From: an uncultured Methanosarcinales archaeon
GTDB lineage: Archaea > Nanobdellota > Nanobdellia > Woesearchaeales > 21-14-0-10-32-9
Assembly: GCA_964501945.1 (NCBI GenBank)
Contig: CAZCTY010000001.1
Location: 49,187 to 113,186, forward strand
Length of the DNA stretch: 64,000 nt
Direction: 5' to 3'
This document shows, in pieces, positions 39,275 through 48,709 of the stretch. The notes below the pieces were generated by a model that saw only the letters and a program-made list of their open reading frames with translations, made no database searches and was not told the origin of the DNA. A program made the translations under genes and the position numbers. The stretch's first letter is position 1; each line of letters begins with the position of its first letter.

Positions 39275-40329
39275 TATTTCTTTTTAAACAATTTTTTAAA
39301 AAAACCTTTTTTCTCCTCCACAGTTTTCTCCTTATCAACACTTTTGTCTTGCTCATCAGGCTTTGATGCGGAACTATCTTCCTTTGATGCAGAAGTATCA
39401 TCTTTTGAAGATACAACACTTTCACCACCTACATCTTCAACTTTCAAATTTAACTGCCTAATCGCCGAATCTAATTTTGACTTAATCTCTTTTTTTAACA
39501 AAGACATATTTTTCTTAACATCCTCATTAGTTGATTTAGAACGCTTATCCATCAAATCAATAATCTTAGTGGTGTGCTTTTCAAAATCATTAAACTTATT
39601 GATAAATTTCAAAAGCTCTTTTTTATCAGTCTTATCTTCCAACTTAACTTTCATTTTATCAAAGTCGCCCTGAATTTTTTCAAAAGAACGCTTCAAATCC
39701 TTAACAGAATCATTGAACTTATCAAACTCAGTAAACTTCTTTTCAACCTCTACATAAATAGTTTCAACTTTGTTACTATGCCTATCAATCTCACCCTCAA
39801 TTTTTTTAATTTGAATAAGCTCATCTTTAATTTCTTCATTGAGCTTAGTAACTTGTTCAATACCCTTATAAAAATCCATTTTCTTACGCATCTCTTTAAC
39901 TTCTTTCATCATATCAGACATTAAAGATTCAGAACTCTCAACGCCAGCTTTAACGCTCTCAATTTTAGAATCTTGCTTTCTAACTTCAAGCATTAATTTA
40001 TCAGGCTTCACGCTTTCAACTAAGTCAATCGCCTTAGTTGCAGACGCCTCAATGTTACCAACACTTTTGTTAGTATCCATAATCATGCCGCGAATCTCAC
40101 CAATCTCCTCACTAATACGAGAAAAACGCTCATTAGTCGCCTGACGCTGTTCGTTTAAACCCTCAAGCTGAGCCTTAATTTTAGTAACCTCAACGCCCAA
40201 CTTCGAATCGCCAAGATCATCTTCCTTTTTATTATTAGCAGCCTCTTTTTCTTCAAGCTCTTGCTGCTGCGCCTCAATATTTTTTTTAATTAATTCCTCA
40301 TCACTAACTTTTTTCTTAAACAAACCCAT
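39274..40329 (-). CDS. 351-aa cytoplasmic coiled-coil protein with K-rich termini
   Basis: Heptad-rich and E/K-rich throughout (MGLFKKKVSDEELIKKNIEAQQQELEEKE ... KKGFFKKLFKKK). No TM helix. Its stop overlaps the downstream start by 1 nt. Confidence 0.6.
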   Translation of the reverse strand: MGLFKKKVSDEELIKKNIEAQQQELEEKEAANNKKEDDLGDSKLGVEVTKIKAQLEGLNEQRQATNERFSRISEEIGEIRGMIMDTNKSVGNIEASATKAIDLVESVKPDKLMLEVRKQDSKIESVKAGVESSESLMSDMMKEVKEMRKKMDFYKGIEQVTKLNEEIKDELIQIKKIEGEIDRHSNKVETIYVEVEKKFTEFDKFNDSVKDLKRSFEKIQGDFDKMKVKLEDKTDKKELLKFINKFNDFEKHTTKIIDLMDKRSKSTNEDVKKNMSLLKKEIKSKLDSAIRQLNLKVEDVGGESVVSSKDDTSASKEDSSASKPDEQDKSVDKEKTVEEKKGFFKKLFKKK

Positions 40330-40340
40330 ACTTCATCCTC

Positions 40341-41333
40341 TCAATTTTTTAATTTATTTTTTTTAATGACATCTCCATTAACATTAGCCTTTTCCAAAAC
40401 TTCTTTTTTTATGTCAAGCTCAACAAATTGCTCAGCACTAGCAATTTCCTCCTCAACCTCGTCTAACAAGTTTTTAACTTTGTCTCTTGCCTCAAAAGAA
40501 TTATCAACTTCTAAGAAATGAATCTTAGGCTTAATCAATTTAAGCTTCATAAAAGGAATAAGCATATCAATACCTCTCCTCCTTTTCGCAGATATCAAAG
40601 AATAAAGAGATTCATACCTCTCATTAATATCAGAAACATTAGCCTTTAAAACTTCCTCGTTTAAATAAGTATTTTGCTTCATTTTCTTTGTTTTTTCTAA
40701 AAGTTGCTCACTACGCTCAGATAATGAAGCAGGAGCTGAGGTCTCAAAATCTTTTTCAGTAGAGGAGTCTTTATTCAAACTATCATTTGTTGAAGAAGGC
40801 TGTTCTATTTTTTCAGAAACATTATTAGAAGCATCACTGTCATTAGAATTTTCGACATCTTCCTTTTTAGTTTTATTTACATCAACTTCTGTTTTATTCT
40901 CTGAATTATTTTCATCAAGAGAAGCCACATCATTTGATATATTTTCATCAGATTCTTTTTTATTTCTTTTAAACAGATTCTTTAGATAATTTTTTTCTTT
41001 TTTTCTTTTATTTTCATGAGGCTTACTAATATCAGTTTTATTTTTTTTTCTAAAACTAATCTTTTTTTTCTTTTTCTTTCCATTCAAATGCTCATTAAGA
41101 ATACTTAATAAATCCTCAGGAGAACTTTTTTTCGAAAAAGAGTTAGCCAAATCTTCTTTTCCAAAAAAGCCTCTAACCCAATTCGCATAATCATTATTAG
41201 TGTCAGTAACATGTCTTTGAAAATTATGAAGATTAATTCCCTTAACATTTTTTTCTAATTCTTCTTTCAATTCGCTTAAATCTCTGAGAACTTCACCATT
41301 ACTAAAATAAAAATATTTATCTGGACTAACCAT
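40341..41333 (-). CDS. 330-aa cytoplasmic protein: N-terminal KNDF-W-like module, K/N-rich linker, C-terminal coiled coil
   Basis: The N-terminus SNGEVLRDLSELKEELEKNVKGINLHNFQRHVTDTNNDYANWVRGFFGKEDLANSF aligns with the recurring module. Its start overlaps the upstream ATPase gene by 8 nt. Confidence 0.6.
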   Translation of the reverse strand: MVSPDKYFYFSNGEVLRDLSELKEELEKNVKGINLHNFQRHVTDTNNDYANWVRGFFGKEDLANSFSKKSSPEDLLSILNEHLNGKKKKKKISFRKKNKTDISKPHENKRKKEKNYLKNLFKRNKKESDENISNDVASLDENNSENKTEVDVNKTKKEDVENSNDSDASNNVSEKIEQPSSTNDSLNKDSSTEKDFETSAPASLSERSEQLLEKTKKMKQNTYLNEEVLKANVSDINERYESLYSLISAKRRRGIDMLIPFMKLKLIKPKIHFLEVDNSFEARDKVKNLLDEVEEEIASAEQFVELDIKKEVLEKANVNGDVIKKNKLKN

Positions 41334-44300
41334 TTCTAAGCACCTCTTTTATAGCTGCCCTATCTTTCGCATGACGAATTTTCTCAGCTAATTCTTTTTC
41401 ATCAAACACGTGCTCTACCCAATTTGCAAAGTCGTTTTTCTCAGAAGTTACGTGCTTATAAAAAATATCGTCAGAAATTTTATCTAATAAATTATAAAGA
41501 TCTTTTATACTATGCAATTTTAATCCAGTCTCAAGCAAGAATGTTTTATCATCAGGCGCAATTTTTTCAAAAGCAGAGGAAACCTTAGAAGAAGTTTCAT
41601 CATCGAATTGCTCTTCTTCATCCTCTTCTTGATTCTTTTTTTCAACAGATTCATCAGATGAAGCAGCAGATTCTTTTTTAATAACGTCTTCGCTATCACT
41701 GCTTTCTTTTTTTACAGGATCTTCTTTTTCATTGCTTTCATTTTTTTCGTTTTCTTGTTCTTTGTTTTCTGCTTCAGCGTTTCCTTGTGTTTCTTTTTCA
41801 GCGCTTTCTTGTTTGTTTTCGTCGGTTGCTTCTTGTTTGTTTTCTTGTGTTTCTTTTTCGGTGTTTTCTGGTTCGTTTTCGTCGGTTTCTTTTTCTTGTT
41901 TGTCGTCATTATCGTCTTTTTTGTTTTTTGTTTCAGCACTTTCTTGTGTTTCTTTTTCTTTTTCAGTGTTTTCTGGTTCGTTTTCGTCGGTTTCTTCTTT
42001 TTTGTCTTCAGACTCTTTTTTTTCTAAAGGAGGCAGTTTTTCACCCTTGCCACGCTTATCAAGCAAATCAAGAATTTCTTTTCTATCCTTAGTATTAGCT
42101 AAATGCTCGCCTAATTCAATGTCGCCGACAGCGTTTTTAAACCAATCAGCGAAATCATTCTTTTTATCATTAACATGAAATTCAAAATCAGAGTCTTTCA
42201 TGGCTTCAATTTCAGAATACAAACTACTAGGAGTTACAACTAACATGTCATTGTTAAGCTTTAAGATTTTATCAGGAGGAACATCTTTTTTAAATTTCTC
42301 AGAAGGACTCTCTTCTTTAGAATCTCCACCACTTTCTTCTTTTTTATTTTCTTTATCAAACTTATCACGCTCACTTTGCGCCTTTTTCAAATCTTTTTCC
42401 AACTCTTCTTTAGAAACCATTTTAGGCTTTAGAATCTTAGGTTCTTTACCAATCTTATCCCACAATTTCTTTAACCTAGGTTCAAGACCCTCAATGTAAA
42501 TTTTAACCATGTTAAAATTACCAGCCTTGACTTTATCAAGTGCTAATTTAAGCTCTAACTTTAAATCAAAAACATCCTGACCTTCCTCTTCTAATTGTTC
42601 CATTTCATAAGTCATCTGATCAATTTTTTTGTTATACTCATTATACTGAGAAATTTCATCATCACTCAAACGAGCAACAGAGTGCAAGATAGGCCTGAAA
42701 GTAGTAAAATAAGGCCGACCTCTATTGTAAGCAGAGTTTTGAACCATACCAGTACCAATACTTGCCTTAACTAAGCTTTGAAGAACATCCGCGCCATACT
42801 TAGTTTTAATACGATCAAGATCTCCCTCGTCCCTAGTTCTCATCTGAATTTCTGTGTTAATGTTAGCTTTAATTTGACCAACGAAATCCGCGAGTACCTG
42901 AGATATAAGCATAACACCAATACCCCACTTCCTAAACTCACGACAAGCACGCTCAATTTGCAAGAAACCCTCACCACTACCACCAAACTTAGGCAACAAC
43001 CTGTGAACCTCATCGTAAACCAAACAAAGCCTTAAAGGCTCAGACTCATCAAAATTAGCATGAAACACCTCTCGCACAGTGTTTGCTACGAAGATATCAA
43101 TATCTTTAGGATCAAGCTTGTGAACCGCAAATACCTGAATCTCACCCGGCTTCATATATTTACGAATATCAATTAACTCACGAGCATTATCAATTTGACG
43201 AATGTTACCAACAAAAGGACGCGCATCTTTAGGCTTCATACCAAAACTCGGATACAAACCCATCAAACCTTTATTTGTAAGCTTACGAAGCATACCAGTC
43301 CATTGAGCAGTAGGATCAAAAACAATAACAGCAACATCCTTCATTAACATTTCTTCAATAATAACTTGAGCGGAAAAACTCTTACCACCACCAGTACTAC
43401 CAGCTACGATTGTGTGAGTTTTAAAATTTTCAAGATTCATATAAGACTTCTTTTCAGTCTCAGCAATCTTACCAACAAAAGCACTACGAGGCCCAGGCTT
43501 AGGCAACTCAGAATATTCAACTTTTAAATGATACTTCTTTTTAGCCTCCATCCTTTTCTTAAAAACTATTATTCCAATAATAATACCAAAGAGCAACAAA
43601 CTTCCAAGAATAGCATGCCAAACCCGCACACCCCAAAACAAAGTATATTGGTGAAATGGCAAACTAACAGTGAAAACATGACTCGAACTAGAACTCAAAT
43701 CTAAATAATTCGCAGTTACACGAATAACATACTCACCAGGAGGTAAATTATTAGGCAACTCAACGTTTCTAAGCAAAGAAACAGTAGTCTTCAAGAAAAC
43801 ATTCGCAGACTGAGTCCAAATAGTTTCCTCACCAGAAATATCTTGAATGCTAAAGAGAACATTAACAGGATACTCCCTATCAGATAACATATTAGTAAGA
43901 TCAGTTCTAAACGTGAACCTAGAACCAGAATAAATAGTTCTATCAGACATACTAATACCAATAAGAAGAGCCTGAATAGGAATTTTATCTTTATCAAGAA
44001 TTTCAATCTCAACAGGAATATTCGCATCAATATCCCCAGTTATATTAATAGTACCATTATAAATACCAGGAGTTTGATTACCAAAGAAAGTTAAAGTAAC
44101 GCGACCATCACCCCTTGCACCAATAGAAATACTGTCCCTATCAATATTAGTAATATTTTTAAAATCACCAACTAAGTCAAAATTAACCTGCATGGTGCCA
44201 TCTCTAAAACTTTGAATAACAACAGTTTCTTGAGCAAACTCTCCCTCACGAATACGCTTAGTTATACGATTAAAAGGAATCCAAAATTCCTGCCCCTCAA

Positions 44301-45459
44301 TTTCAGCAGGACGCTCAATTTGAAAAGGAACCTCACCAGGACCAACATCTTCCCCAAAATCAGGGCCTATATCAGGATGCATATCAACAAAATCAACAGG
44401 AGGCGCATCTATCTCAAGCATTATATTATGCTCAGTTTCTTCATTTAATGTAACGTTTATATCACTCTCATAAGTAGAGTAACCTTCCAAAATAGCAATT
44501 ATCTTTGACGGGCCCGCCCTAGTAGTCAAGTTATAAAAACCTTGACCATCAGTTACAGTAGAATAACCTGCAACAGTTATCAAAACATCTTCCAAAGGAT
44601 TACCAGATAAATCAGTCACAGAACCATAAACAATACCTTGCTCCTCAGGCTCATCATCCCCTCCGACACAGACATTGAAAGGATCAATAAAAACATGATA
44701 CGTAGTGGTTGAATTGTCTATAATAGGTAACAAGAATTGATAATTATAAAAACGATTATTAAAACCTCTCGAAAGAGCCTCATTTAACTCAGCGACATAA
44801 ACATAATTATCGTTTTCATCTTTTAAAATACCAGTATTAAACATACCCTCAGGTGTATCGGTGCCAACATTAGTTTTAACAGCAGGAATATTACTAATCG
44901 TTCGCTCCCCAAGAGTTATACTCATAGTTTCAGTAAAAGTCTTAGTAGCAGAATCATAATAAGACGCATCAATACCGATGAGCGCATCAATTTCTTCAGG
45001 TGATGCAGGAGTTAGAGAGTTAATAGACACCTCGGCTTCAGGAACATAACTTGCAAATAACAAATTAACCTTATCAGGCTCAACACAATCAAAAAACATA
45101 TTCGCCTCATTAGTGCTACCTTGCTCAATATCAAACATCCACGGCTGTTCTTGACCCACACCGAAAGCAGCACCATACAAACCAGCCCAATTAAAAGCAG
45201 GCTTTTTATACAATAACTCCATTTGATAAATAGTCCCGCCAATACCTTCATGATACGCAACATAACCAGTATAAATAGTAGTAGACGCGAGCAAAATAAT
45301 ACTCAAAACAAATAAAGAAATTAATAATATGTCGCTAAAAGATTTACGCTTATTCTTTTTAGGAACTGAACGATTATTAATAGCATCATCAATACTAATA
45401 TCTTTTTCCTCAAACAATTTATTTACAAAATTCCTCAAATTCCACTTCTTCTTACTCAT
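41326..45459 (-). CDS. 1377-aa membrane-anchored FtsK/HerA/VirB4-superfamily (DUF87-like) P-loop ATPase with large extracellular domain and two C-terminal KNDF-W modules
   Basis: An N-terminal TM (ILLISLFVLSIILLASTTIY) is followed by an ectodomain of about 560 aa containing a carboxypeptidase-regulatory-like beta domain (GIVYGSVTDLSGNPLEDVLITVAGYSTVTDGQGFYNL). A second TM (WHAILGSLLLFGIIIGIIVF) is followed by the ATPase core: Walker A THTIVAGSTGGGKSF, IVFDPTAQW and Walker B CLVYDEVHRLLP. Then come a coiled coil, a KNDF-W module (KNDFADWFKNAVGD), an acidic low-complexity stretch of about 170 aa and a second module (KNDFANWVEHVFDEKELAEKI). Confidence 0.8.
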   Translation of the reverse strand: MSKKKWNLRNFVNKLFEEKDISIDDAINNRSVPKKNKRKSFSDILLISLFVLSIILLASTTIYTGYVAYHEGIGGTIYQMELLYKKPAFNWAGLYGAAFGVGQEQPWMFDIEQGSTNEANMFFDCVEPDKVNLLFASYVPEAEVSINSLTPASPEEIDALIGIDASYYDSATKTFTETMSITLGERTISNIPAVKTNVGTDTPEGMFNTGILKDENDNYVYVAELNEALSRGFNNRFYNYQFLLPIIDNSTTTYHVFIDPFNVCVGGDDEPEEQGIVYGSVTDLSGNPLEDVLITVAGYSTVTDGQGFYNLTTRAGPSKIIAILEGYSTYESDINVTLNEETEHNIMLEIDAPPVDFVDMHPDIGPDFGEDVGPGEVPFQIERPAEIEGQEFWIPFNRITKRIREGEFAQETVVIQSFRDGTMQVNFDLVGDFKNITNIDRDSISIGARGDGRVTLTFFGNQTPGIYNGTINITGDIDANIPVEIEILDKDKIPIQALLIGISMSDRTIYSGSRFTFRTDLTNMLSDREYPVNVLFSIQDISGEETIWTQSANVFLKTTVSLLRNVELPNNLPPGEYVIRVTANYLDLSSSSSHVFTVSLPFHQYTLFWGVRVWHAILGSLLLFGIIIGIIVFKKRMEAKKKYHLKVEYSELPKPGPRSAFVGKIAETEKKSYMNLENFKTHTIVAGSTGGGKSFSAQVIIEEMLMKDVAVIVFDPTAQWTGMLRKLTNKGLMGLYPSFGMKPKDARPFVGNIRQIDNARELIDIRKYMKPGEIQVFAVHKLDPKDIDIFVANTVREVFHANFDESEPLRLCLVYDEVHRLLPKFGGSGEGFLQIERACREFRKWGIGVMLISQVLADFVGQIKANINTEIQMRTRDEGDLDRIKTKYGADVLQSLVKASIGTGMVQNSAYNRGRPYFTTFRPILHSVARLSDDEISQYNEYNKKIDQMTYEMEQLEEEGQDVFDLKLELKLALDKVKAGNFNMVKIYIEGLEPRLKKLWDKIGKEPKILKPKMVSKEELEKDLKKAQSERDKFDKENKKEESGGDSKEESPSEKFKKDVPPDKILKLNNDMLVVTPSSLYSEIEAMKDSDFEFHVNDKKNDFADWFKNAVGDIELGEHLANTKDRKEILDLLDKRGKGEKLPPLEKKESEDKKEETDENEPENTEKEKETQESAETKNKKDDNDDKQEKETDENEPENTEKETQENKQEATDENKQESAEKETQGNAEAENKEQENEKNESNEKEDPVKKESSDSEDVIKKESAASSDESVEKKNQEEDEEEQFDDETSSKVSSAFEKIAPDDKTFLLETGLKLHSIKDLYNLLDKISDDIFYKHVTSEKNDFANWVEHVFDEKELAEKIRHAKDRAAIKEVLRNG
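41740..42000. repeat. Intragenic imperfect tandem duplication (unit roughly 100 bp) in the acidic low-complexity region of the ATPase gene
   Basis: ggtgttttctggttcgttttcgtcggtttct at about 41861 recurs as agtgttttctggttcgttttcgtcggtttct at about 41961. The protein reads KETDENEPENTEKE...KETDENEPENTEKE. Confidence 0.5.
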
Positions 45460-48443
45460 TTTAATTTCTTCAACTCATCACCAAGCAATAAAACTTGATC
45501 CTTGAAACTTTTTTGAATATCAACATCAGCCTTATTGAAAACATCAGATAAAAGATTGTAAGTTTTAATAGCATCATCTACACTGCCTTCTTTTTGAGAG
45601 GCATGCACGCGATTAATTAAATATTCAATGTACTTTTCATTTAATAAATTCACAAGTAAAGAAATATCGTCATATACCTGATTTTTAATTTTTCCAGGAG
45701 CATTTTCATACAACATTTTAATTTCTTTGTATATAAGATTCGCACGCTCTAAATTCTGAATTTCCAAATAATCTTTAGCATCATTTATGAGAACCTTCAA
45801 CTCTTTCATCTTACGATCACTTCTAAAATTATTAACAAAACCAAACAACTTATCTTTAACATTAAAGGCATAAAACAAATAAGCCAAAACCAATATTATC
45901 AACAATAAAAACAAACCAGTGGTATGATCAACATCTCCAGCTCTTGAAGTTACCATGCCTGTAAAACTAGGAATATTGCTTCTAGAACTACTAGAAGAGA
46001 ATGCGTCCCCACCCAAAAGCAAAGTATGGGCTTTTTTAACATCATCTAAAGAAGAATGACCAACAGAGTAATAAGTTATAAAATCTGGCTTTTCTAAAAC
46101 CAATAATTCATTTCTTATAAGAGAGTCATGACTTTGCAACACAGTCAAATCAGAACGTAAATTCTCAGGCACACTTTCCAATAAAAATTGATCCCTTTTA
46201 GTCTCGCCAGTATACTCAACAGTTTTATGAACTAAAGTAATATCTTTAGTAGACCCATCCAAATAAGTAATAGTTAAATGAGCAGTGAAAGTACGAGTTC
46301 TAAAAAGATTTTGAAGCCTTTCAACTTCCCTCATGTTAACGCCGCCTTGAAGATTCCTATTTTCAAAATAAGCACTAGCAATCTCTTCCAATTCATCAGA
46401 GTCAGGATACGCAATGAACTCCTCAGATTTTTCAAGCTCAATTAATAAAGGCGTTTCTTTTTCTAATTCACGAATCAAATCTTTATATTCCTCAATTCTC
46501 TCCTCTTTTTGAACATCACTTAAATCTCGTCTCAAAGCCAAACTATTAATATCTCTTAAAATACGCTCATAATCCCTTAAACTAACTCTGAGCGTTTCCT
46601 CAACATTTAAAGCATCAGCAGCCCTTCTCGCCTCAAGCTCTAAATCATTAAAATTATCATTAGCGTTCTCAATTTTTCTCCTCAACTCACCAGCATCAAT
46701 TATATCAGATATATCATCCGCGGTAGTTGCTGAAAAACTTTCTTGAGACGCTGAAACACTCAAATCACGTACCTCAGAATCCTCATCACCACAACTAATC
46801 TGCCAACTATACTCCCCGTCATCAAGCTTTTCAACAAAAGATAGAGAGCCTTCCTTAACATCTTCTTTTTTAGCAAGATCTGCAAACCAAGAACTACCTT
46901 TTTCAGCAATTAAAAGACTACAAGTTTTTTCTTCTTCTAAAGATAAAATAGCTTCAAAACTCACTTCCTCGCGGGAGATAGATGCGCCAGCCTCAGGTGA
47001 CTGCAAAAATATAGGTGAGGTGCTATCGCTCGTGCTACTTGGGGAGGACTCAATTTTATCTAACCTAATTGTCACAGATAAATCTTCATCTAATTCAATG
47101 TCTTGATTTCTACTTGAATGACCCTCACCGCCAACTCTTAAACGATAATCATCTTCACGAAGCCTGAAAGTTACACGGCCATTACTATCAGTAAAATCAG
47201 ATTTTCTCAAATCAACAATTTGAACATCAGCATCTTCCATTACATTATTTTCATGATCTCTAACTTCAACAACCAAATCATAATACCTATCAACATCAAT
47301 TTCAAAATCTTTAACTTTCCTATTACCGCGAGAATCAACAACGATTAAAGAAACTTCGTGGGATCCAGCACTGGAGAAAGACAAATCAACCTCATCATCA
47401 GATTCAGTTTCGCCATCAAACTCCCAAGTATATTCATAAGGAGAAATACCTCCTGAAGCACTAGCTTTCAAAGTTATTTCTTCATCAACTTCCAAATCTT
47501 TTTTTCCACTCAAAGAAATATCAATAGTGTTCGTTACTTTGTATGAAACATTATGAGTAACACCAGATTCTTTTAAAATAAAATCAAGCCTATAATCTCC
47601 TGCGACGAATGCTTTTTCAAAATCAATTTTTTGCCACAACTTACCATCTTTATTGATGTTCAAATTATCAATTGTGAACTCTTCAGATTTTTCTAAGGTT
47701 TCAAAGTTAGGATTTTTCTCAGAACGCAACCAAACCTTTAATTCAAATTCTAAACCTTCCTCGCCATGAACTAAAAGATAACCTTCCTCGCCAAGAGAGA
47801 AATTTTTATCACTCAACTCAACATAAAAAGGCTCAACCACATCAACCTTTCTAATAACTTGCATAGGAGTATAATTTTCATTTTCATTGAACCTAGCGGT
47901 GATTTCATAAGTTTTGAAATCTTCAAATTTTTCACTTGACGATAATTTTGAAGCATTAGCTTTGCTCAAAACAACCTCGCCATCAATTAATAATTCTAAT
48001 TCGCCTTTAACATCAGAATCTATAGATATGTTTACAGTTTCATTTCTAAAAACAGTCAAATCTTCTGTTTTACCATTTAAAGATAAATTAAGTTTCGGCG
48101 TGGCTTTTTCAATTTCATAATTACCGGAAATATTAGTTGTGTTAGTTTCATTTCCTTTTTCCCACAAGTAATTATATTCTCCAGCGCTTAAATCATCTAT
48201 ATTTACCAAATAAGAATTTCTTTCTTTGTCATAATCAACTTTTTCCCTTGATAAAATTACTAATTTATCTTTAGATAGCTTAAACCAAACAGTATCGTTT
48301 AACTCTTCTAAATCAAGCATAAAATCATAAGATTTATCAGGCTCATAAACAGGAGATTCAGGATGGACATTACTAATAGCTGAAATAGTTGGAACTAATA
48401 GCAATATCATTAAAGTTGCCAGATAAAATATTTTGTTTTTCAT
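45456..48443 (-). CDS. 995-aa type I membrane protein with PKD-like and carboxypeptidase-regulatory-like extracellular domains, a TM helix and a cytoplasmic tail of about 130 aa
   Basis: The signal peptide ends in LLLVPTISAIS. A PKD-like segment is GGISPYEYTWEFDGETESDDEVDLSFSSAGSHEVSLIVVDSRGN. A CarboxypepD_reg-like segment is YDLVVEVRDHENNVMEDADVQIVDLRKSDFTDSNGRVTF. The TM is TGLFLLLIILVLAYLFYAF. Four-nucleotide overlaps occur at both ends. Confidence 0.75.
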   Translation of the reverse strand: MKNKIFYLATLMILLLVPTISAISNVHPESPVYEPDKSYDFMLDLEELNDTVWFKLSKDKLVILSREKVDYDKERNSYLVNIDDLSAGEYNYLWEKGNETNTTNISGNYEIEKATPKLNLSLNGKTEDLTVFRNETVNISIDSDVKGELELLIDGEVVLSKANASKLSSSEKFEDFKTYEITARFNENENYTPMQVIRKVDVVEPFYVELSDKNFSLGEEGYLLVHGEEGLEFELKVWLRSEKNPNFETLEKSEEFTIDNLNINKDGKLWQKIDFEKAFVAGDYRLDFILKESGVTHNVSYKVTNTIDISLSGKKDLEVDEEITLKASASGGISPYEYTWEFDGETESDDEVDLSFSSAGSHEVSLIVVDSRGNRKVKDFEIDVDRYYDLVVEVRDHENNVMEDADVQIVDLRKSDFTDSNGRVTFRLREDDYRLRVGGEGHSSRNQDIELDEDLSVTIRLDKIESSPSSTSDSTSPIFLQSPEAGASISREEVSFEAILSLEEEKTCSLLIAEKGSSWFADLAKKEDVKEGSLSFVEKLDDGEYSWQISCGDEDSEVRDLSVSASQESFSATTADDISDIIDAGELRRKIENANDNFNDLELEARRAADALNVEETLRVSLRDYERILRDINSLALRRDLSDVQKEERIEEYKDLIRELEKETPLLIELEKSEEFIAYPDSDELEEIASAYFENRNLQGGVNMREVERLQNLFRTRTFTAHLTITYLDGSTKDITLVHKTVEYTGETKRDQFLLESVPENLRSDLTVLQSHDSLIRNELLVLEKPDFITYYSVGHSSLDDVKKAHTLLLGGDAFSSSSSRSNIPSFTGMVTSRAGDVDHTTGLFLLLIILVLAYLFYAFNVKDKLFGFVNNFRSDRKMKELKVLINDAKDYLEIQNLERANLIYKEIKMLYENAPGKIKNQVYDDISLLVNLLNEKYIEYLINRVHASQKEGSVDDAIKTYNLLSDVFNKADVDIQKSFKDQVLLLGDELKKLK

Positions 48444-48709
48444 TTTTTAAGCTCCATTATTATGTTTTGAAGTTCTTCAAGCAATTTTTCTTTGTCTTTA
48501 GTTTCTTTTGTGTTTGAAATTTTCTGTTCTAATTGCTCTCTCATTTTTTGCACTTCGTATTTGTAGGGGGATTGATGCTGCTCACATTTTTTTCTTATGA
48601 TTGTTCTTATTTGCTCAGATAAATCTAAGTAATGATTTTCTTGGGCGAGCTCTTTTAATTCTTGAACTAACGTATTCGGGAGACGTATGCTCACAACTGT
48701 ATCTTTCAT
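48440..48709 (-). CDS. Ribbon-helix-helix transcriptional regulator (89 aa) with coiled-coil tail
   Basis: MKDTVVSIRLPNTLVQELKELAQENHYLDLSEQIRTIIRK is an RHH fold pattern. There are ATGA overlaps with the upstream RHH ORF and with the downstream 995-aa gene. Confidence 0.55.
   Translation of the reverse strand: MKDTVVSIRLPNTLVQELKELAQENHYLDLSEQIRTIIRKKCEQHQSPYKYEVQKMREQLEQKISNTKETKDKEKLLEELQNIIMELKK

Noticed and set aside
39274-40329. ESCRT-III/Snf7-like identity for the coiled-coil proteins that start MGLF/MGLL
   Set aside because: The evidence is only N-terminal resemblance and general coiled-coil character. The length and charge pattern do not convincingly match ESCRT-III, so it is left as a generic coiled-coil protein.
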